Source of the DNA: a virus
Lineage: Duplodnaviria > Caudoviricetes
IMG/VR virus record: IMGVR_UViG_3300029286_001711
Length of the DNA: 64,000 bases
Direction: 5' to 3' (one strand)
Translations under genes and position numbers: made by a program
Notes under the pieces: generated by a model
Database searches by the model: none
Told to the model about the DNA's origin: nothing
What the model saw: only the letters and a program-made list of their open reading frames with translations
In this document: piece by piece, positions 1-8,645 of the stretch
Layout of the letters: every line of letters starts with the position of its first letter
How positions within the stretch are numbered: the stretch's first letter is position 1

Positions 1-1502
1 ATGGAACCCATAAATTCAGTGATTTTGGTTGTCAAAACATCAACGCCGGGTTTAAGATATTCCTGTAAAGCTTGTAACAAAGGCCATGTTGCCATCATTA
101 ACTGATCTAACACACCCTGCCACTGTTGTCTCATACTAACAGCATCCTTCTGACTTTTATCAGCTAATTTTCTTTTTTCCATTAAAACTTCAGCATCACC
201 CTTAGTAAGTTCAGACAGTTTTTTTATGTTAGCAGTACCATCTTTATTAAACCCTACTTGAATTGTACCGTCAGCATCAGCTAACCCACTTAACATATCT
301 ATCTGTTCTTGATCTAATCCCTTACCTTTTAATAAACCCTCAAACATGTTTATTTTAGCACCCTGTTTAGCTGTTTTCACTAACTCTTCATAACTAATAC
401 CTAAAGCGGCACCAGCTTCTTTTAACCTATCTAATTCATAGGCGTTAACCTTCCACTCACCCGTGGTTTTATCAAAAGTTGCTGAGGCTGTCGCAGCCTT
501 AGTTAAACTTTTAGCCAACTCCTCTGGTGAATTACGTGCTTTATACATTAATTGGAATGGGTCACCTAATGAGGATAACGAACCACCTAAGACTTGTAAT
601 TGGGCCGCGGCCTCAATAGCACCCTCGGGTCTGAATACTTTATCAGCTACCGCTGCCACAGAATTCATATCTAATTTATATTTCTCAGAATATTTGGACA
701 TTGCCATCATTCCTTTAACACCGTTCTTAAAGTTTAATTTATTCATTAAACCTAAATTTGATTGAAAACTTTTAAGTACCTTGGCTGAGTTAACACCTAT
801 TGATTCAGCATCAGAAGAAAGTTGTGTTACCAACTCAACAGACTTTGTCGCTCCCAAACCAAACGCCTCCATTTGAGCTGCCATTTGAGAAATACCATCA
901 ACACCCAAACCAGTTTTGGTTCCTAGTATAGCCATATTCTCAAGGGCTTGTTCACTTAATATAACGGAACGACCTAATTCGTCAGAATAAGAACCTTGTG
1001 CCTCAGCTAGAGCTGTAGCAGATACACCCCACGCAGCGGTTTTCATTCCGGCATTAATGATGTTGGTTTGCATGACACTCATCCTTTGACCAGATATACC
1101 CATGGTATTAGCTGTTTTACGAACAGCCTCATCAAAATCAAACCACTTAGTTAAAATATTACCTACTACACCTAAAAACTGTTTGTCTAAAATGTTAGCG
1201 CTAGCTTTAAGTAGGGAACCTTGTTTCCTTAATTCTTTATTAACTTCTAATAGTTGGTCGTATTCTTTTCTTAAAACCTTAGCCTTTTTTAACGACTCCT
1301 TTGTACCCTCTTTTTCTAATTCGAGGATTTCTGCTTGCATTGTTTTAAGTTCTTTCCATATCTTACCAATCTTTGCTTGCCATTCAGCATATGATTGTAT
1401 GGAGTCTACCTGACTCTTAAAGTTCTCCTTAATGTCTTGTTGAATTTTGAGAAACTCTATTTCGTCCTTTTTGTTTCTTTTAAAGTTACCTTCGTTCGCC
1501 AT
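1..1502 (-). CDS. Tape measure-like protein (5' part; runs off window start)
   Basis: Not in ORF track. ATG at 1502-1500 overlaps the upstream stop (TAATG). Frame checked open at the window edge: MANEGNFKRNKKDEIEFLKIQQ...; helical, Ala/Leu/Lys/Gln-rich; downstream of the tail chaperone gene. Confidence 0.7.
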   Translation of the reverse strand, partial: MANEGNFKRNKKDEIEFLKIQQDIKENFKSQVDSIQSYAEWQAKIGKIWKELKTMQAEILELEKEGTKESLKKAKVLRKEYDQLLEVNKELRKQGSLLKASANILDKQFLGVVGNILTKWFDFDEAVRKTANTMGISGQRMSVMQTNIINAGMKTAAWGVSATALAEAQGSYSDELGRSVILSEQALENMAILGTKTGLGVDGISQMAAQMEAFGLGATKSVELVTQLSSDAESIGVNSAKVLKSFQSNLGLMNKLNFKNGVKGMMAMSKYSEKYKLDMNSVAAVADKVFRPEGAIEAAAQLQVLGGSLSSLGDPFQLMYKARNSPEELAKSLTKAATASATFDKTTGEWKVNAYELDRLKEAGAALGISYEELVKTAKQGAKINMFEGLLKGKGLDQEQIDMLSGLADADGTIQVGFNKDGTANIKKLSELTKGDAEVLMEKRKLADKSQKDAVSMRQQWQGVLDQLMMATWPLLQALQEYLKPGVDVLTTKITEFMGS

Positions 1503-3373
1503 TATCTATTTTTTAGTATTAAGACCCCTTCAAAAGGTTCTTGTGGATAACCCAAAGCTTTCTTACCTATTAAAACATCAATAGGTTTAGAAGAGGTCCA
1601 ATTAATTAGACCACCATCTTTTGGTTTTACCATTAAAAACCCATCACCAGATCCTGATTTTTTGATAATGATAGAAAAGTTTTCACCTTTATCACCACTC
1701 ATACTTTTTCTAATCTCTAGGTTTTGATCACCCTGATTAAATAAATTTATTATTTCTTTTACGTTTAAATCGGAAGGGGTATCAGATTTTTCAACATCAT
1801 ATAACCTACCAATAACTGGGTAAAATTTCTTATCCTCCATTGAGGTATTGGTTAACGGCTTACCTTGTTCACCCCCTTTACCCCCACCGCCATAAGTGGT
1901 CTCAATATCACCATCTTTTTTAGCTTTACCCTTTGGACCTAAAACTATACCCTTTAAATATATTTTTGCTGTTGTATTAGATTTTTTTTGATCTTCGTCA
2001 GCTTCAAATATTAACTCTGTATTATCTGATATGTAACGATAAAAATCTTCTGCCACTCCAGTATTTGACATTGACGCCTTTGGCATGTTTTTTACTTTCA
2101 CATTCTTACCACTATTTTGTTTCCCATTACCTTTAATCATTTCGGATAGTTTTGAAAAACTAACTAAAAAGTTTTTAAAACTTCCTACTAATTTTTTCCA
2201 AAGTTGTTTTCTTGTTTGTACATCGGCAATACTAGTTTTACCCTTAGTAGCTATAAAGTATAGTTGTTTATAGAAATCTTTAATAACTTGAAAAGTTTGT
2301 GAGTTTCTACCATTTTTTGCTACCTTAGCGAAAATAGAAAAAACATCGAACATAAAATTCTGTAGGTTTAGTTTAACCTTTAAATATTTTCTTTGATTAC
2401 CAGACATTGAAGTTGGTGCTTCTAATAACCCTTGTGATTTTAAACCCTTTAAGGCTGTTAAAAGTGGTTGTTGATTTATTTTAATAGATTTTGTCCCATC
2501 AATAATAGCATCTAAAAAAATCTTTTGGAATTCTGGGTCGTCTTTGTACGCTGTTAATATGTTAAACCAACGAGCTTTATCTTTCGTACTGGAAAGCTTA
2601 GCGTTAACCTCCTTTAAATCTTTTCCGTTATAAAAATTACCTTCCTTTTCATTCTGAGTAGAATTATTATCTTCTCCACCTTTTTTAATATTTTTTCTAT
2701 TAACGATAACGGTACCACCCTTACCATCACCTATCGTAAAATTATCACCGTCTATTTTAGTAATACCACCTTTACCGTTCTCTCCACCATCAGTTGTAAA
2801 ATCAACCGTATCACCCACTTTGTATTCCTCACCCTCTGTTTCTAAATCACCACTTTTTATTGTGGTAACAAAAGAAGGACCAAACTCTACCGTATAAAAT
2901 TTACCCTCACTTTCACCCACAGCTAAAGCAATTATTTTTTTCTTGGTACCTGGTAATACAGTATAGACCTCATTACTTTCAGTAAATTTTATTAAAAAAG
3001 TTGATTCACTATTTTGTGGTTTGAATTCTAAAATTAAATTATTAGAATCTTTAACAACCCTAGCTAATCCAGTAAATGTTTGTGATTTTGGTAGTGTTAG
3101 TTCCTCTGGGTTATCTAATAAATCCTGTAAAACGTAACTTAATTTAAAAGGTTCAACAGATAATTGTTGTATTGAAAAAATAGTGTCTAGTTCTGGTAAA
3201 TTAACACCCATACGAGCCATTATTTCTTTAGCTCTTCCAGCGGCCATCTCACCTCTAGCTCCAGATGCTGCAGCCTCATCACCAGTAACTGAAGTTGGTT
3301 TAGCTTCAGTCATGATATATTCTAACAGTATCTTGTCTGATGTGACTTTTTTAATTAAGGTATTAATGCTCAT
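1502..3373 (-). CDS. Hypothetical virion/internal protein, 623 aa
   Basis: Long ORF with own late-type promoter. N-terminus has a ..KILLE|YIMTE|A leader-like motif; Gly-rich KOW/SH3-like segment (YKVGDTVDFTTDGG). Confidence 0.8.
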   Translation of the reverse strand: MSINTLIKKVTSDKILLEYIMTEAKPTSVTGDEAAASGARGEMAAGRAKEIMARMGVNLPELDTIFSIQQLSVEPFKLSYVLQDLLDNPEELTLPKSQTFTGLARVVKDSNNLILEFKPQNSESTFLIKFTESNEVYTVLPGTKKKIIALAVGESEGKFYTVEFGPSFVTTIKSGDLETEGEEYKVGDTVDFTTDGGENGKGGITKIDGDNFTIGDGKGGTVIVNRKNIKKGGEDNNSTQNEKEGNFYNGKDLKEVNAKLSSTKDKARWFNILTAYKDDPEFQKIFLDAIIDGTKSIKINQQPLLTALKGLKSQGLLEAPTSMSGNQRKYLKVKLNLQNFMFDVFSIFAKVAKNGRNSQTFQVIKDFYKQLYFIATKGKTSIADVQTRKQLWKKLVGSFKNFLVSFSKLSEMIKGNGKQNSGKNVKVKNMPKASMSNTGVAEDFYRYISDNTELIFEADEDQKKSNTTAKIYLKGIVLGPKGKAKKDGDIETTYGGGGKGGEQGKPLTNTSMEDKKFYPVIGRLYDVEKSDTPSDLNVKEIINLFNQGDQNLEIRKSMSGDKGENFSIIIKKSGSGDGFLMVKPKDGGLINWTSSKPIDVLIGKKALGYPQEPFEGVLILKNR

Positions 3374-3407
3374 AATGATTTCTTTATAAATATCACTTAA
3401 ATTAAAA

Positions 3408-3425
3408 ATGGGACTTTCGTCCCAT
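3408..3425 (-). terminator. Rho-independent terminator
   Basis: Minus strand ATGGGAC-GAAA-GTCCCAT followed by TTTT, just after the stop at 3429. Confidence 0.85.
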
Positions 3426-3428
3426 CTT

Positions 3429-3630
3429 TTATCTTGATTTTCCTTTTGTTTTAGCTTTGTCGTATTCTTTCTTTTGTTCTTCTAATTCTTGTTGCCACAT
3501 GTCGAGATAGATTCTTCTTTCCCAGATTGGCATACTTAACGTTGATTCGTAAGAAAATCTCATATGTTTTACCATATAATATATTTCTCTTTTAAGACCT
3601 AAATTATACTCTGACGTTAGGCCAAAAAAA
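3429..3630 (-). CDS. gp51-like / gpT-like chaperone extension, probably made by frameshift from the upstream gene
   Basis: FFGLTSEY...YMVKHMRFSYESTLSMPIWERRIYLDMWQQELEEQK resembles the T4-like gp51 motif; it begins at the T7 run in the +1 frame of 3604..4383. Confidence 0.7.
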
Positions 3631-4383
3631 GTTGAGTCCGAGGGTAATTGGAGCTTGAAATGTGCCTGTCGGTCCCTCCACTTCGGCCGACATCTCAATT
3701 CCTGGTTCAATGTTATCTGAATATTCTCTAAATTTAAGAGAATCGAATGCTGGCATCACATTAACGAATTGTTGAATGTAATTAGAATCCCTATTACCAT
3801 CAACTTCTTTAATTTGTGCTTGTAACCTATATGTTAATGTGTTTGAAATTTGAGACTTTGTTGCTTTCTCATATTTATCAGCCCTATTAACAATAGAACG
3901 TTCATCACCAACAGTTAATAATGTAAATTTAATTTTTTTCTTACTTCTAGGTAAATCAAAAGAGAACTCACCTCTTTCATCTGGTGTTACACCATCTGGT
4001 AATTCTTTTGAGGCTAAAGCACTTAAATCGAATTCATGTTCAAATTCAACACCACTTGTAGGATCTGTTATTTTAACTGGGTACATCTCACCGTATCCTG
4101 TTGCTCTTAACCAAATCATAATGGCGTTTCTATCGCCAACTAATAATTGGTCGAAAGGTACTGGGGATTCTTTAATCTTTCTTTCTAACAATATTTCAAT
4201 GGCTTTACCATTCTTAATTAAGTTAGGTGATGTTAGGATGTTCTCATCCATTGCTGTCATATATTCCACTTTAACTGTACCAACCTGTCCAGGATACAAT
4301 AACCCCTTAGATGGTAAAGGTAGAACGTCAAACGGAGCTTGGAATTGAATATCTTGAGCTTGTTGTTGATTTTGTTTTGACAT
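3604..4383 (-). CDS. Baseplate hub / tail assembly chaperone (T4 gp26-like)
   Basis: FDVLPLPSKGLLYP...VEYMTAMDENILTSPNL...ends LNFFWPNVRV; position upstream of tape measure. Confidence 0.7.
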   Translation of the reverse strand: MSKQNQQQAQDIQFQAPFDVLPLPSKGLLYPGQVGTVKVEYMTAMDENILTSPNLIKNGKAIEILLERKIKESPVPFDQLLVGDRNAIMIWLRATGYGEMYPVKITDPTSGVEFEHEFDLSALASKELPDGVTPDERGEFSFDLPRSKKKIKFTLLTVGDERSIVNRADKYEKATKSQISNTLTYRLQAQIKEVDGNRDSNYIQQFVNVMPAFDSLKFREYSDNIEPGIEMSAEVEGPTGTFQAPITLGLNFFWPNVRV

Positions 4384-4492
4384 ATTAAAAACTTTTTTTA
4401 ACTTTGTTATTCAGAATAACTTTAAAACTATATCTATAATTGTAAAGGTTCTATAAATAAATACATTATTTTCGGTTTTTTCTCGTGAAAGA

Positions 4493-4524
4493 TTTGTTCT
4501 TTCTGAGAATTATTATTATCTTTA
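4493..4524 (+). promoter_or_regulatory. Bacteroidota-type housekeeping promoter
   Basis: TTTG(4493-4496)-N20-TATCTTTA(4517-4524), one mismatch to TAnnTTTG, 21 nt before the ATG at 4546. Confidence 0.6.
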
Positions 4525-4545
4525 CGTATAAATCTAAACAAACAT

Positions 4546-5565
4546 ATGAAAATGACAGAAGATAAACTTAATCGTTTAAAAGAAGTGCTTTCAGTTCCTA
4601 CTTATTCTAGGGATGAAGCACTCATGATTGAGTATTTGAGAAAGACGTTAACAGAAAAAGGGTATGAACCGACCGTTGACGAGTGGGGGAATGTTTATGT
4701 GACGAAAGGTACCGCAGAATGGTATCCTTGTTTTATTGCACACACAGACACAGTACATAAGGTGAATGAAAACTTAGTTATCATTCAGGAAGAAAAGAAT
4801 GGTGAAACTATTCTTAGAGGTATCGATAAAACGAACAACATGCCATCAGGATGTGGTGGTGATGATAAATGTGGTGTGTACTTATGTCTTGAAATGTTAG
4901 ACACATTACCAAACGTTAAAATAGCTTTATTTGTTTCGGAAGAAATTGGTTGTAAGGGTAGTCAATACGCTGACCCAGAGTTCTTCAAGAATGTTGGTTA
5001 TGTAATTCAATACGATTCTCCTGAAGGGGATTCAATGAGTTTAACATTAATGGGTAGATACTTGTTCAACCAAAAATCAGAATTTTCTGATAAGGTTTCT
5101 GGTTTAATCAGAGAACATGGTATTACAAATTGGGCTTATCACCCTTATACCGATGTTTGGCAAATATTTGAGAAATTTAACATCGCATGTTTGAATTTAG
5201 CAGCTGGTTATTACAGAATGCATTCTGACAATGAATATGTAAAAGTTGATGATGTTCAAAACGGTTATGAACTTGGTTTGAAATTACTTGAACAACTAGG
5301 TGAAAACAGATACGAAAACCCAAAAGAAGAAAGAACATATTCTTGGAATGGTGGTTACGGTACTGGTAGTTATAAAAAGACCCAAAAACCCGATACTGGT
5401 GGTCAAAAACTTCTTACTGAAGGTAAGGAGAAAGATGGTGATGAAAAAGAATATGATGATTGGGCCGACCTTTTTAATAGTGGTGAGTATCTATATACAA
5501 ACCGTGATAAGGGTGGATCTTCTTATTATGGTCGTCACTGGGATGAAGACAGATTTAATTGGTAA
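4546..5565 (+). CDS. Zinc metallopeptidase, M28/M20/M42 clan
   Basis: Metal ligands AHTDTVH, GGDDKCG, SEEIGCKGS, YYRMHSDNEY; acidic low-complexity C-terminal tail. Confidence 0.85.
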   Translation: MKMTEDKLNRLKEVLSVPTYSRDEALMIEYLRKTLTEKGYEPTVDEWGNVYVTKGTAEWYPCFIAHTDTVHKVNENLVIIQEEKNGETILRGIDKTNNMPSGCGGDDKCGVYLCLEMLDTLPNVKIALFVSEEIGCKGSQYADPEFFKNVGYVIQYDSPEGDSMSLTLMGRYLFNQKSEFSDKVSGLIREHGITNWAYHPYTDVWQIFEKFNIACLNLAAGYYRMHSDNEYVKVDDVQNGYELGLKLLEQLGENRYENPKEERTYSWNGGYGTGSYKKTQKPDTGGQKLLTEGKEKDGDEKEYDDWADLFNSGEYLYTNRDKGGSSYYGRHWDEDRFNW

Positions 5566-5567
5566 AC

Positions 5568-5595
5568 AAAAAAGGGACTTAAAAGTCCCTTTTTT
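5568..5595. terminator. Bidirectional terminator
   Basis: AAAAAAGGGACT-TAAA-AGTCCCTTTTTT, perfect 12-bp inverted repeat between convergent genes. Confidence 0.9.
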
Positions 5596-5597
5596 AA

Positions 5598-6236
5598 TTA
5601 TTCATTACTACTTCTTTTATACTCGGCAAATTCATCATCGTGTTTTTTGATTGTTTTACCAACAACACCACCTGCGGCAGCTGCCGCAACAACCCAAATT
5701 AAAGGTATTAAATAAGTTTTAGGGTCTTCAAGGTTACCACCACCAGTCATTACACCAGCACTAAATAAAGAACCAAGAACAGTCCCGAGAGTACCACCTA
5801 TACCAGCACCACTCAATGGTGTAACTTTACTGCCCATTAAATAATCGTTTTTATCTTCTTTCTTTTCAACCTCTGAATCGGAAGATTCGATATCACCTTT
5901 ATATGTTGGTAATGGTTTATCTTCAACTTCATTAACTGAATAACCTTCTGAAATAGAATCTACAGCTGGTTTTACAATGGAATCAATAGATTCACCATGT
6001 TTTATTGCTTTTACTGACTGAACTAAAACCTCTTTTGGTACACCCATTGAGATTAATTCTTTGATGGCTTTTTTAAGGGTTTCTGGGTCTGACGCTAAAT
6101 CTTTAGCGATATCTTGTACTTCTTTATTTTGTGATAAAGAATAATCCTCTTTTAATAATCCCTTAGATTTTAAGTAAGAATTTTCCACCCTTTGATTGGC
6201 TTCCATAATTACTTTTAATTTATCTTGTTTTCTCAT
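5598..6236 (-). CDS. Hypothetical protein with C-terminal hydrophobic hairpin
   Basis: 212 aa; N-terminal ...KGLLKE| motif; two Gly/Ala-rich hydrophobic segments near the C-terminus; late-type motif at 6249-6256. Confidence 0.75.
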   Translation of the reverse strand: MRKQDKLKVIMEANQRVENSYLKSKGLLKEDYSLSQNKEVQDIAKDLASDPETLKKAIKELISMGVPKEVLVQSVKAIKHGESIDSIVKPAVDSISEGYSVNEVEDKPLPTYKGDIESSDSEVEKKEDKNDYLMGSKVTPLSGAGIGGTLGTVLGSLFSAGVMTGGGNLEDPKTYLIPLIWVVAAAAAGGVVGKTIKKHDDEFAEYKRSSNE

Positions 6237-6257
6237 TGTGGTTTTATTTATAAATAG

Positions 6258-7631
6258 TTATAACATTTGATATGTTAGGTATAATCCTGGAAAGTAAGCT
6301 GCGATTTCACGTCTCTTAGTCCAATGGTCAATGTTTTCTAAATGTTCGTATTGTTGACCCCAAAGATAATCATAGGGTAAACTTTGTGAGTATTCTATTA
6401 ATTTTTTACCAATACCTAACCCTTTATACTCTGGGTCAATACCTAAAGCCACGCCCTCAACACCATCTAAATTTTGGAATTCCATTGGATTAACCTTAAT
6501 TGAACCTGGGTTTTTTTCTTCACATTCTTCTGGCGAGTAACAATTATAATCTCTTTGCATATAGTGTAACATATAATCAGCAATTTGATTTTCAGCTAAA
6601 AAATAAAATCCAACCACCTTACCTTGATAAGTTGCTTTAACAGATATATCCCAATCGGTGGCCTCAGAAAGGTATTTTATTAATGCCTTTGGTGTCATTT
6701 GACCCTCAAAAACCTTCAAACCAACTCTTAAGGCGTCAAGAATCTCATCTTCATCTTCAAAATTAGATATTTCTATTCCTTCAGAATATGTTTTTTTATC
6801 TTCTGGAAATTCTATTTCTAATTGGTTTGGATCACCATCAACCTCTTCCTCCTCATCACTAACATAATCATCACCATCTTTTAACCAACTAACAAATTCT
6901 TCTGCAAATTGTTCAATAGATAAATCCGTTACATCAACCTCATTTGAAAATTCTTGTACTTCAGCGACATTTGCTGTAACCCCATGAACAGATTGTAGTT
7001 CATGAATAAAATAACTAATATCCTCGTCAGTCCAATCCTCCCACCATTCTTTTTCGGTGGTTTCAGATTCTTCTGTCATAAAATCTTCTCTCTCATCTTC
7101 TGGAAACTCTTCATCTTCTATATCATCATCTGGATATATATCTTCATTGGCATTTGTTATTTCATAATAAAAATATTCACGTATTTTGTCTCTACCAGAG
7201 AACCAAATCTCATCAAATCCATCAATTTCATAAAGTAATCTACCCAACCAAGGATCGTTTACCATAAGTGTATCATGGTCATAATCAACAACAATAATCC
7301 AATGTGGTGTTCCTTGAACGTTTGCTCTAACAACACAAGGGTGTCCTTTGTCGATAGAGTCTTTAAGTGATTGATAAGGATCTTCTTCACTCATATGTTC
7401 AATATATTCAATACCCATGTATTTAAGACCTTTGACCATTCTATCAGGAGGTGTTCCAACAACCCAATCAGTACCACAAGCACGACATATATCAGATATT
7501 TTAAACCTGTTACCAACAAAAAAATCGTGAACCATCTTTAAACAAGTCGGACCACAACTATTTCCTGTTGGTTGATAGTGATGTGGGACTTGTATTTCGG
7601 ATAATATTTTTTTAATTCTACTCCTCACCAC
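6258..7631 (-). CDS. C39-like cysteine peptidase - acidic linker - GNAT acetyltransferase fusion
   Basis: QPTGNSCGPTCL (Gln, Cys), PHWIIVVDYD (His), VNDPW (Asp); C-terminal VALGIDPEYKGLGIGKKLIEY acetyl-CoA motif A; GTG start. Confidence 0.75.
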   Translation of the reverse strand: MVRSRIKKILSEIQVPHHYQPTGNSCGPTCLKMVHDFFVGNRFKISDICRACGTDWVVGTPPDRMVKGLKYMGIEYIEHMSEEDPYQSLKDSIDKGHPCVVRANVQGTPHWIIVVDYDHDTLMVNDPWLGRLLYEIDGFDEIWFSGRDKIREYFYYEITNANEDIYPDDDIEDEEFPEDEREDFMTEESETTEKEWWEDWTDEDISYFIHELQSVHGVTANVAEVQEFSNEVDVTDLSIEQFAEEFVSWLKDGDDYVSDEEEEVDGDPNQLEIEFPEDKKTYSEGIEISNFEDEDEILDALRVGLKVFEGQMTPKALIKYLSEATDWDISVKATYQGKVVGFYFLAENQIADYMLHYMQRDYNCYSPEECEEKNPGSIKVNPMEFQNLDGVEGVALGIDPEYKGLGIGKKLIEYSQSLPYDYLWGQQYEHLENIDHWTKRREIAAYFPGLYLTYQML

Positions 7632-8064
7632 TTATAATTTGATTGCGTAATTCTTCAATTGTTGAATTTAGTTCATCTATTTGACTTTTTAGGTCATCAA
7701 TTTCTTCCTGCCTTTCTTCCCTACCCTCTTCACGTGCTGTATCTTCTCTATCAGAAACCACATCTTCATATACATAATCGTCACAACATCCATCACAACT
7801 ATAGTCGTAATTATCTTGCGCGTAAGTGTATGTATTATCAGCTTGTTGATATACGTATTCCCCAATTTCTTTTAATTTTTCTAAATCGTGGACACCAGCA
7901 CCAATCAACATTTGATAAAGTCCCTCACCCCCAAAGTCATAATCATGGTCAGCTTTTATGAAATCTTTTTTAATCTCTTTTTCGGCAATATGAACATCAA
8001 GATCCTTAACCCATTCAAAATGGTCTTCCTGTTCTTTTAATATTTTCTTAATTAAATCTCTCAT
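7618..8064 (-). CDS. Leader-bearing acidic protein, paralogue A
   Basis: MRDLIKKILKEQEDHFEW; CDGCCDD motif; C-terminal coiled coil. Confidence 0.8.
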   Translation of the reverse strand: MRDLIKKILKEQEDHFEWVKDLDVHIAEKEIKKDFIKADHDYDFGGEGLYQMLIGAGVHDLEKLKEIGEYVYQQADNTYTYAQDNYDYSCDGCCDDYVYEDVVSDREDTAREEGREERQEEIDDLKSQIDELNSTIEELRNQIISGEE

Positions 8065-8075
8065 TAACCTTCTTA

Positions 8076-8567
8076 TTAATTTAAATCATCGTTACTACCA
8101 GCTAATCTAGCCTGTAATTCTTCAATTTGTTCTTCTAATTCCTCAATTTTATCTTGCATTTCAGATTTTCCTGCTTCATAACCCGTCTCTTGACCCTCCT
8201 CATAACCTTCTTCACGAGCCTCTTTTTCTTTTTCTCTCACATCATCGATATAATACATGTCATCACAACAATAATCACAACCACAGTCATTTTGTCCACT
8301 ATCATATCCACTATCATAAGCTCTATAATAAGAACGACTAAATTCCTTTTTAATTTCCCTACCGATTTCAGTTAAATCTTCTGGTCTTGTGATACCCTTT
8401 TCTATTAATAAAGGTACCATTTCACTTACAAAATCGGTACTATATTCGTAATCCATATCTCTAAAAGGTTGTATAACAAGTTTTTCAGCCTCACTAGGGT
8501 TTATATCTTTCACCCAGTCAAACTCGTTTTCTTGTTCCTTTAATATCTTACGGATTAAGTTTTTCAT
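8076..8567 (-). CDS. Leader-bearing acidic protein, paralogue B
   Basis: Start revised to ATG 8567 (MKNLIRKILKEQENEFDW), 5 nt after the late motif; CGCDYCCDD; GxxxG repeats; coiled coil. Confidence 0.8.
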   Translation of the reverse strand: MKNLIRKILKEQENEFDWVKDINPSEAEKLVIQPFRDMDYEYSTDFVSEMVPLLIEKGITRPEDLTEIGREIKKEFSRSYYRAYDSGYDSGQNDCGCDYCCDDMYYIDDVREKEKEAREEGYEEGQETGYEAGKSEMQDKIEELEEQIEELQARLAGSNDDLN

Positions 8568-8595
8568 TTCTTTATAAATATCGATGGAATCATAA

Positions 8596-8624
8596 AAAAT
8601 CCCCACCTTTTGAGTGAGGATTTT
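8596..8624 (-). terminator. Terminator after tail tube gene
   Basis: Minus strand AAAATCCTCAC-N7-GTGGGGATTTT(T) with one G-U pair. Confidence 0.75.
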
Positions 8625-8645
8625 GTATAATTTGTTGTAAAATAA

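Noticed and set aside
8568-8606. ORF-track upstream starts (8606, 9907, 16212, 28243, 30992, 42691, 58805, 60241)
   Set aside because: They run through terminators, promoters or upstream genes; downstream starts fit the leader, signal peptide or coupling patterns.
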